Positions 50,836 through 60,000 of a stretch of DNA of 60,000 nt are shown here, in pieces. The DNA is from Laetmonice hystrix (lineage: Eukaryota). Location of the stretch: assembly GCA_965235115.1 (NCBI GenBank), contig OZ249436.1:16432001-16492000 (forward strand). The letters run 5' to 3'. Position numbers and translations under genes: made by a program. The number at the start of each line of letters is the position of its first letter. Position 1 is the first letter of the stretch. Below the pieces are notes generated by a model, which was not told the origin of the DNA, searched no databases, and saw only the letters and a list, made by a program, of their open reading frames with translations.

Positions 50836-50860
50836 GTTTCTTGGGCCACTCTCTCAGTAA

Positions 50861-51448
50861 TGTTATTGAGAGGACGATGGACCAGGTGGCCGCCCAGACC
50901 AACCCGAACCTGTTGTTCGCGACGTTGGGACAACCATTGACGCTAATGCCCATGTAATTTCTCGTTTCCGAGCGCGTGTTCTAACAAAGCGTAGGGCCAC
51001 CAGTAGCGCGGCAGTGGGCAGCCACCATCAGGGACGGCGCGGAAGGGCACCTGAGGCCCCAATTAGGTGCGGGACACAGGAACTGGGCTAGGGACTGTCG
51101 GGGGGTAAACTGATCGTCAACCTTGGAACCTCAGCTGGACGACACAGGTAGGAGACTCTGATGTCTTCATCACCGAGCAGACAGATGGCATATTGTATCG
51201 AGATATGACAGAGACTTTCCAACTAAGAGTCAGAAAAATCCGAGCTCGGCGCCAAAGAGCCGGGATCATTTATGGAGGAGAAACGAGGGGTTTGCGTAGG
51301 TATATTAGTATAGGTACTCGCACATATGTATCTAGGACCCATGTCGTGTGCTCAGTATGTATTGTCGAGGTAATGTAAACAATAGCTGTACTCCCGTTAA
51401 CCACCATCTTGGTTCTCGCCTCTCGCGCGGTCTGGGTCGGAAATGACG
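50861..51448 (+). mobile_element. Possible solo LTR
   Basis: Starts tgttatt and ends aatgacg (degenerate inverted TG...CA), ~590 bp. No TSD. Confidence 0.25.
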
Positions 51449-52249
51449 AAGGCGACTTGGGAGACGATCCGGAGGGTATAAATACAACCGAGCAGAAGAG
51501 TCGAGTTCTCTACCTTTGGAAGCTTCGTGGAAATCAGACGGCCCACCTCCGCCCCGACTCCTCCATGTTTCAACGCCTTTGCCTGGTTTAAATTATGTTT
51601 TTATGTAGACCTACTGGGTTTGGCTTGGGGTCAGCATGGCTGCCCGAGTTCTTTTCTCAGTTTGGTTGGATAGGGATGTATTTGGGTTCCTGGATGTTGT
51701 GGGCATTGTCTCCACCTAATAAGGCATTACTATACCTATATCTATGTATTTTGGACTATGTATTTCCATATAATGTATTATCGGTTATGTATTATATTAC
51801 TATAGTATTGTTATGTTGTTACATATATCAGTTACACCTTATATAGATTTATCATTTACCATATTATAATGTTTGTAGAGTCCCCCATTGCATGGGGTGA
51901 TCAACGGGTTACTATGTATGTGAATAAAATGTAACCTACAGCAAAGCATTCCCGTTCTCCGAGTTTGACTGCATAAACATATTTAGCAGGAGTTATTTCA
52001 AAACAATTTTGCAACATGAAGGTTCTAAAAACTCTGTCAGGCAGTACTAATAAACTTTGAATGCTATGACTGGGTTTGTGATGTCAACTTTTGTACCCTG
52101 AGTAAAAAAAAGATCTTTGTGTACTTCGTTCTATATCAGAGCTCCCCGGTGGCCTCCGCGATAGAAGTGCCATGGATGTTTCCCCAGTCATTATCGTGAA
52201 GGATCTCCCATGTGTTTGGTGTGTGCTTCCCATTGATGTATCTCCTGGT

Positions 52250-53025
52250 TAGGTCTATAGTATCTCTGCCAAAGCGGTCAGCGTCTGGTCACGTCTATCT
52301 CTGGCAAAGCCGTCAATGCTTGGTGACGTCTATAGCATCTCTGGCAAAGCCGTCAATGCTTGGTGACGTCTATAGTATCTCTGCCAAAGCGGTCAGCGTC
52401 TGGTCACGTCTATAGTATCTCTGGCAAAGCGGTCAGCGTCTGGTCACGTCTATAGTATACCTGGCACAGTCGTCAATGCTTGGTCACGTCTATAGTATCT
52501 CTGGCACAGTCGTCAGCGCCTGGTCACGTCTATAGTATCTCTGGCACAGTCGTCAACGCTTGGTCACGTCTATAGTATCTCTGGCACAGTCGTCAGCGCC
52601 TGGCCACGTCTATAGTATCTCTGGCAAAGCCGTCAATGCTTGGTCACGTCTTTAGTACGTGTTTCTCTGGCAAAGCCGTCAATGCCTGGCCACGTCTATA
52701 GCATCTCTGGCAAAGTCGTCAACGCTTGGTCACGTCTATAGTATCTCTGGCAAAGCCGTCAATGCTTGGTCACGTCTATAGTATCTCTGGCAAAGCCGTC
52801 AATGCTTGGTCACGTCTATAGTATCTCTGGCAAAGCCGTCAATGCTTGGTCACGTCTATAGTATGTCTAGCAAAGCCGTCAATGCCTGGCTATGTTAATA
52901 TCTCTGACTCTGGCAAAGCCGTCAATGCCTGGCCATGTTAATATCTCTGACTCTGGCAAAGCCGTCAATGCCTGGCCACGTAAATATCTCTCTGGCAAAG
53001 CCGTGAGCGCCTGGCCACGTCTGGC
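52250..53025. repeat. Minisatellite, 40-bp unit
   Basis: Unit ggtcacgtctatagtatctctggcaaagccgtcaatgctt. Confidence 0.93.
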
Positions 53026-54214
53026 CGACGGTTTAAGATGTAGGCCTAAATGATCTCTGGGCCTAGTCGTTTAGATGACACAATCCGTATTCAATGTTTA
53101 ACATCACTGTAACCATATTTTATCGTGGTGCCTGCACTAATAAAGTATGCCATCTGAAGCTGACTGTTAACGTTCACATTCATCGGTCGTGAAAACATTG
53201 TCACAAATAGTTAGAGGCCACCTGTTGTACTCCATGATGGAGTAAACAGAGAGACCACCTTACAGGGTGAGCTCCATTTCTGGTTATGTTCACTGTAACT
53301 CTAAACTTTCACACACCCCACCCCCACCCCACCCCTCAGTTTTGAAATATTTTAGGGCTAAGACTCGTTTTTTTAATTGAGAATTGAAATGTTTCTAGTG
53401 GCGAGACCTTACTGAGAGCGCCAAGTCTAGCTCGTTTATGTGAGCAGGCGGTGGGGCGTGGCCTCACGGTGGGAGAGGTGATGCAGCCTCGCGGTTGGCT
53501 AGCAGTGAGTGGCCCCCGCGGTGGCCTGGAAACGGCCGAGACTCGCGGTTGGCTGGCTGCTGCTTGCCGCCATCTCAAGGCCTGCAACCGCTATCAATGA
53601 AAGCCTTGCGGCGGACGGGTGAGACGGCGAGCAGCTCCGTGAAAACCCGGCGTGCACGCTGACGGCAGACAGACTGATGGTGTCACCCGCCACACTCCTG
53701 TAGGACCTCAGCCACTCAAACATACGAGGCCATACCAGCTCTCACAACCAGCTCCAAGATATAACCAGGCCTTCGCCATCAGAACCTGATGACACAGCAC
53801 GAGCTTGGCCAAGTCCTGCTACTACTGTGTTACTGAGAACATCAACCATCGGCCCTAGACAATCACTGACAATTGGTACCTCTGGGGTGGTCTTGAGGGC
53901 CGGCCTGCACTAGACACTGGGACATGGCCTGCAACGATCACGGAGCTTTGGCCTGCAACGGGCTCTGAGGTAGAGCCTGCACTGGACATTGAGGCTGAGG
54001 CTGGAAACTGCACTGGAAAAAGGCCTGACCAACACTCGACACTGAGGCTTGACCTGTACTGGACGGGTCGTGAACAGAACTCGGAGAATCAAGAAATCTG
54101 ATGGGGCGAATCTCCAGTGTGGTAAGTATGACGTTCGGTATCAGTATGTATTTATACTGTGGCTTTCCCAAATCTTTCCGATGATTACAACTGCATGGAA
54201 GGTGTGATCATCGA

Positions 54215-54812
54215 TATCTTGAACTGTTCCATATGGTAACAACCGATAGATTGGACAGTTCCATGGTAACCATCGATAGGTTGAACGGTTCCATGGTAAC
54301 CACCGATATACCGTGAACGGTTCCATGGTAACCATCGATACCTTGAACGGTTCCATGGTAACCATCAATATACCTTGAACGGTTCCATGGTAACTATCGA
54401 TACCTTGAAAAGTTCCATGGTAACCACCGATACCTTGAACGGTTCCATGGTAACCATCAATATACCTTGAACGGTTCCATGGTAACTATCGATACCTTGA
54501 AAAGTTCCATGGTAACCACCGATACCTTGAACGGTTCCATGGTAACCATCAATATACCTTGAACGGTTCCATGGTAACTATCGATACCTTGAAAAGTTCC
54601 ATGGTAACCACCGATACCTTGAACGGTTCCATGGTAACCATCAATATACCTTGAACGGTTCCATGGTAACTATCGATACCTTGAAAAGTTCCATGGTAAC
54701 CACCGATACCTTGAACGGTTCCATGGTAACCATCAATATACCTTGAACGGTTCCATGGTAACCACCGATACCTTGAACGGTACCATGGTAACCATCGATA
54801 GGTTCCCAAGTA
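54215..54812. repeat. Minisatellite, 30/32-bp units in 92-bp trimer
   Basis: Unit ttccatggtaaccatcaatataccttgaacgg, with period 92 at 54351, 54443 and 54535. Confidence 0.93.
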
Positions 54813-54815
54813 ACC

Positions 54816-55099
54816 GCCGGTAACATCGACCCTCCGGTGATCCTGTGTGAGGTTCCCCAGTCCATCGCCGGTAACATCGACCCTCCGGTGATCCTGTGTG
54901 ATGTTCCCCAGTCCATCGCCGGTAACATCGACCCTCCGGTGATCCTGTGTGATGTTCCCCAGTCCATCGCCGGTAACATCGACCCTCCGGTGATCCTGTG
55001 TGAGGTTCCACAGTCCATCGCCAATAACATCGACCCTCCGGTGATCCTGTGTGAGGTTCCACAGTCCATCGCCAATAACATCGACCCTCCGGTGATCCT
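54816..55099. repeat. Minisatellite, 51-bp unit
   Basis: Unit ccggtaacatcgaccctccggtgatcctgtgtgaggttccccagtccatcg. Confidence 0.93.
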
Positions 55100-55162
55100 G
55101 GTGTAGATTATAGGTGTCACGGATTGTGTGGGGGAGCGTGCGTACTGTGCGAGGTGGAGTGT

Positions 55163-55917
55163 ACGAGCTTCCCAAGTCGGCCGCCGTGGGTCGGCCGCTG
55201 TGTGTGTAGATTGTGCGAGGTTCCCAAGTCGGCCGCCGTGGGTCGGCCGCCGTGTATGTAGACTGTGCGAGCGTCCCAAGTCGGCCGCCGTGGGTCGGCC
55301 GCTGTGTGTGTAGACTGTGCGAGCGTCCCAAGTCGGCCGCTGTGTGTGTAGACTGTGCGAGCGTCCCAAGTCGGCCGCCGTGTGTGTAGACTGTGCGAGG
55401 TTCCCAAGTCGGCCGCTGTGTGTGTAGACTGTGCGAGGTTCCCAAGTCGGCCGCCGTGTGTGTAGACTGTGCGAAGTTCCCAAGTCGGCCGCCGTGTGTG
55501 TAGACTGTGCGAGGTTCCCAAGTCGGCCGCCGTGGGTCGGCCGCTGTGTGTGTAGACTGTGCGAGCTTCCCAAGTCGGCCGCCGTGGGTCGGCCGCCGTG
55601 TGTGTAGACTGTGCGAGCTTCCCAAGTCGGCCGCTGTGTGTGTAGACTGTGCGAGCGTCCCAAGTCGGCCGCTGTGTGTGTAGACTGTGCGAGCGTCCCA
55701 AGTCGGCCGCTGTGTGTGTAGACTGTGCGAGCGTCCCAAGTCGGCCGCTGTGTGTGTAGACTGTGCGAGCTTCCCAAGTCGGCCGCTGTGTGTGTAGACT
55801 GTGCGAGCGTCCCAAGTCGGCCGCTGTGTGTGTAGACTGTGCGAGCGTCCCAAGTCGGCCGCTGTGTGTGTAGACTGTGCGAGCGTCCCAAGTCGGCCGC
55901 CGTGGGTGTAGACTGTG
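55163..55917. repeat. Minisatellite, 38-bp unit
   Basis: Unit cccaagtcggccgctgtgtgtgtagactgtgcgagcgt. Confidence 0.95.
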
Positions 55918-56546
55918 TTTCCCCTTTCACGGCCGCTAGTTTTGTTCCCCCATGAGCTGGAGATTACAGGCGTAACCTGTTGTTTGAGGGTTGTGTGTAG
56001 ACTGAGGCTCTCAGACCACTTTACCGCCGCTAATTTCGACCCCCCCCCCCCACACACACACACAGGAGGCACGAGAACCACAAGCAACCTGGCCTGTGCC
56101 GAGGAATTGTTGGGGAGGAAAGTTCTGTCGATTGATTTATTCTGGACCCACAGGGAGACAAGAAACTCGTATATCGTACTATGAAAGTGGAAAATGGTCG
56201 AAAAAAAAAATCGAATAATTCTGCAATGTTTTATTGTGGATAGCTCATCAAATAGAGTGGCAATGTGTCTAACACGTTGACACATGTCCAGAATATGTGT
56301 AAACCATTTGTTGCCGCTGTCAGCGAGTTATTTAGTCGTCAGGACCCGACGGTACAGTAATGGACGTTAGGTGTTTGTCATTAGGCGTTTCAACCATGAA
56401 CCTGAAGTTTATTGGTATTCTCGTGGTAGGATCGCTATAAAATGGTTCCATCACGGATTCCGTAATCACTCCACACCTAGAGGGAGAAACGGGAAGTCTA
56501 AAACATTGATCGAACTGCCCAGATTCTTTGCGATGGCGCTTGGTAA

Positions 56547-57094
56547 AGCCTAGGTCCCACTAGGACCTGCTATTCCCTGCAATCAGTTCAGTCGTGCGAC
56601 TAGGGCTGGTCGTGGGTAGTCGTCCATTGTAAGACCAGTCGTGAGACCTGTTACCGACTGATAGCACCACTAATCGCCCGACTCTGGCACGATTACTCAG
56701 GACCACGTACGAGTGATAAGGCCATGTCGCACAACTGGCCACGACCAATTGTGAGACATGTGCCGACCTCCTGTGCGATTGTCCTACTACAACAGTTTCC
56801 TACTATCACCCACGACAATGAAGGACCACCAGAGATTTGTCCCCAAACCATCGTGCGGCAACTGACGACTAGGATGCGACAGAATGCGACAGGATGCGAC
56901 TACTTTAGTCGCAGGCAGGTTGTGGCACATGATCAACAACCTCCCTGCGATGGATTTTGGTCGTGCAATTATGGAGGACTACCCACGACCACCGAGGACT
57001 TGTGGCAGGACTTTTATAAGATTGCCTGGGATTTTAGTCGCAGACTGGTCGTAACCTGTTGTAAGTTGTCGTATCTCCTAGTGGGACCTAGGCA
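56547..57094. mobile_element. PIF/Harbinger-like MITE
   Basis: TIR agcctaggtcccactagga / tcctagtgggacctaggca with TSD TAA on both sides. Confidence 0.88.
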
Positions 57095-57138
57095 TAAGCA
57101 ACTTACAAAATGTGGCCGGGCGGGAAGTGTTATACGAC

Positions 57139-57313
57139 TTAGGTGGATCCAGAAATTGTTTTAGGGGGTGGGGAGTAACCATCAGGCAAAAACATATTAT
57201 TAGGCCTAGGCTTAAAATATATGATAAATATGATCATAATTAGATGATAAAAGTAACATCGTCCAGAATTTAGGGGGGGGGGAGTCCCCTTAGCCCCCCT
57301 GGATCCGCCACTG
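57139..57313. mobile_element. Short G/C-rich MITE (ggatccag...ctggatccgccactg family; related ends at ~6844 and ~7115)
   Basis: ggtggatccag at the left and ctggatccgccactg at the right. Confidence 0.5.
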
Positions 57314-57451
57314 CATAGCCAGGGGATTATAATTATGTCCACGACGGTCGTGTATCCGATGGGTTAGAGTTAAAGGTTGGAGTTATATATATACAAGACC
57401 GTCGGGTAGCCAGGTAGATTATATATACACAACAGGGAGCTGACGTTCTGC

Positions 57452-57469
57452 TTGACTGACTGACTGACT

Positions 57470-57501
<32 letters not shown>

Positions 57502-57504
57502 GAC
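57452..57504. repeat. (GACT)n microsatellite
   Basis: Direct read of the sequence. Confidence 0.95.
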
Positions 57505-57599
57505 AGGTTGACTCACTCCCCAGACCCACTCACTCACTCTCGAAAGATGTGTGTGGGAGGGTCCATTGTCCTGCTCGACCACCAAAGCTTCCTTTTTAG

Positions 57600-57785
57600 G
57601 GAAGTGGCGGTGGCCGAGTGGACATGAGCGTTGATACATTTTGCTATGCGAATGGGTGCAGTAATCTTGGGACCGGGGTTCAATTCCAGTAGAGGACTAT
57701 ACAACTTCTCTTTCCGGACTTTCTTAAAGTAACTGGGATAAGCCTGATGACTGTGCTTTCAAAAAAGAAAAACACTCACTCGCTG
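57600..57785 (+). mobile_element. Second, different tRNA-derived SINE-like fragment
   Basis: A box tggccgagtgg (57611), B box ggttcaattcc (~57677) and an A-rich/cact tail. No TSD seen. Confidence 0.45.
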
Positions 57786-57859
57786 ACACTCACCAAGCCA
57801 CTCGCCACCTCACCCCCACGCAACCCCCCCCCCCCCCCCCAGTTATATATAGCCCCTTA

Positions 57860-58042
57860 CAGGGCCGTAGCCTGGCCCAAATACGGATGTGTGTGTGTGT
57901 GTGGGGGGGATAGGCCTTCCACGTGATAGCGCGTCACTGCGCCGGTCGAGCTGGCCCGGGGTGTGGGTAAAAAAAAACCCAAAAAAAACTGGAAATCCCA
58001 GGGGGCAGCCCCCCCCCCCCCCCCGCAGGCTACGGCCGGCTG
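57860..58042. mobile_element. Short hAT-like MITE
   Basis: TIR-like cagggccgtagcctg / caggctacggccggctg. No TSD. Confidence 0.5.
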
Positions 58043-58112
58043 TCAGTCTGGTTTTCGATCTGCTCTGTTAATCATGACCCATGGCCGACTGTTGTGTCTC
58101 GGAAACAGGTTT

Positions 58113-58357
58113 GGGTGGGTGGGTATTTGGGGTTTTACGCCTTGCAACAGCCAGGGTCATATCACGGCGGTGAGGAGGATGATGAAAGTCAGTTTTTCAT
58201 GGTGGAGGAAACCGGAGTACCCGGAGGAAACCACCAGCCTTCGGGAAGGAACTGACTGACAAACCTTTCACACTTGCAGCCCATGCCGGGGATCGAACCC
58301 GGACCGCAGTGGTGTGAGGAGCTAACACCTTAGACCACTTGGCCACCCCAGGACCCC
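58113..58357 (-). mobile_element. Full-length tRNA-derived SINE with TSD
   Basis: A box TGGCCAAGTGG, B box GGTTCGATCCC, V-like core and (ACCC)n tail. 10-bp TSD aaacaggttt at 58103-58112 and 58358-58367. Confidence 0.9.
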
Positions 58358-59254
58358 AAACAGGTTTCAAGTGCAAGTTGAAAACGATGTGAGAAGGGTC
58401 CAGGTGACATTTGCAAGTGCCACTTCAGACCTGACTTCTCTCCAGGGTATCAACATCCTGAGAGCCACATACAATAACATGGGGCATATTTTCGTTTACT
58501 CACGTGTGTCTACCGTCATCGGTGGGCGGGTGTAAAACATGGTGTGGGACCAACCCCGGAACGAATCTTATTCACAAAACACACGCAAGACTTGCGGACC
58601 CGAAAACTATTGCTATCCAGTTGTTTAATAATATGAGGACCGAGAGGACCAGCCGGGTTATATGAGTTATATGAGGGCCGAGAGGAGGCCGAGGGGGGCA
58701 GGAGGTGTTTTTTCGAGGGCCGAGAGGGCAAGGAAGTGTTTATTATAAGCCTATTGATCTCCAGAGCGGTGAAGGGTGTTATTGGGGTAGTTGGGCGGGA
58801 CTGACCCAGTTTCTCCGATTGTTTACCCGTCATTAGGAAAACAACATCAGTCTGCAGGAGTCCTGGGACACAGATATATTACCGGTATCTGGAGTGAGAG
58901 CAGCTGGAGTCGAAGTCCGAATGAAGTAGTCAATGTAGAGATAACAATACAGTACGTCCAAATATATCTCTCGTCAGTATGTCAGAGACGTGGAAGTTAT
59001 CCTGTTCAACACGAACACTAAAAGTCTTCATGTTGTCCACACAACTCTTTTTAATGCATAGTGTGGAATTTCAAAATCGTCCGTGTCAGTTTTTCACACG
59101 ACAGACAAGATAATACCCCCCCCCCCCCGACCGGTCCCACCGTTTCCATGTGAAATGTTGGACTGCGAGATCCTTGGACGTCGTAGTTGGACGTCGCCCT
59201 AATTAGTAATGTCCCTACAGGGGCTCGATACTTACTCAGAGATCGTTAAAGCAA

Positions 59255-59580
59255 TCAGCGAGTATCTCTCATTTCAATTACTCCAAATTACACACCTGGA
59301 CTGTTAGGTTAGGTAAGGCCTTAGAATACATAAACCAATTAAATATACCCACAGAAATGGAGAGATCTAATGAACTCGCCCGATGAATTTCATTGGTTGT
59401 CCAATTAAGTCAATGCCAGGTCAACAACCAGCCAACAGGAAACTGGAATGTTGAATTTCCTTAGATTTCCCTATTTCTGTGGGTAAACATTTATTGATTT
59501 ATATATAGCCTAAGGCCTTATGTAACCTAACAACCAGTTTCTGGATTTTGGAGTCATTGAAATGAGAGATACTCGGTGAC
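59255..59580. mobile_element. Foldback/MITE-like element with long imperfect inverted arms
   Basis: cgagtatctctcatttcaattactccaaa pairs with tttggagtcattgaaatgagagatactcg. gttaggttaggtaaggccttag pairs with ctaaggccttatgtaacctaac. Confidence 0.65.
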
Positions 59581-59757
59581 AGCACAATGTCACACTGCCA
59601 GCGTGCATGTTTCTGTACAGCCAGTCAGCAGCAAAACAAAAGCCGGAACAATAGAGCTTCTAACAATAGCCCGAACCTGCTACTAACCACGCGGCTGCGG
59701 CCCGGCTGCGGTACGGGCACGGGTACGGCTGATATGGCACGTCGTTGTTCTCATTAA

Positions 59758-60000
59758 AGCGGTGTTTCCATTAACGCGGCTGCGGTCCGGCTGCGGTCCG
59801 GGCACGGGTACGGCTGATATCGCACGTCGTTGTTTTTAATGTAAGTGTTTCCATTAATGCGATCTCCGTACGGCGCCCGTCCGGGCGTCGCATGCGGCTC
59901 TTCCCGATCGCGTCTTGGAGCGATTCGAGCACAGCCGCAGATGAGCCGCATGAGGGATCCCCTTGATCCTAGGTGGTCACGTGCATGTTCGTCACTCAAA
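59758..60000. mobile_element. Left end of Harbinger-like MITE running off the window
   Basis: TAA followed by agcggtgtttccatt. Its first ~60 bp are duplicated just upstream (59688-59750). Confidence 0.45.

Noticed and set aside
53390..53895. LTR plus PBS (…tgaca-at-tggtacc)
   Set aside because: No second LTR, TSD or convincing tRNA match.
4266..56285. Long ORFs in the track (e.g. 4266-5213, 34691-35971, 42058-43239, 45397-46704, 54549-56285)
   Set aside because: They coincide with tandem arrays, are open in several frames and strands, give periodic translations and have no domain motifs.

Overview
This is eukaryotic, probably invertebrate metazoan, genomic DNA. It has GT-AG spliced exons, tRNA-derived SINEs, many non-autonomous DNA transposons (MITEs) and TTAGGG-type motifs. 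Two protein-coding genes can be supported, both on the minus strand. (1) 5' exons of a NACHT/WD-repeat (NWD1/NWD2-like, DUF4062 N-terminus) gene at ~86-4198, which runs off the left edge. (2) An intronless ELOVL6-like fatty acid elongase CDS at 20938-21738. By my rough manual tally, about 23 kb (~38%) is made of ~38 mutually unrelated minisatellite arrays (17-78 bp units), and these explain almost all long ORFs in the track. The rest is MITEs (PIF/Harbinger-, hAT-, P- and EnSpm-like), SINEs and decayed LTR-like debris. I found no CRISPR array and no autonomous transposase or reverse transcriptase, and I cannot support a clearly new gene-based system. The most unusual signals are the density of private minisatellites, one array caught forming from a dispersed element, repeated site-specific MITE insertion into arrays, a 30-bp hairpin mini-transposon, and strong TAGGCCTA enrichment. 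Array boundaries are approximate.
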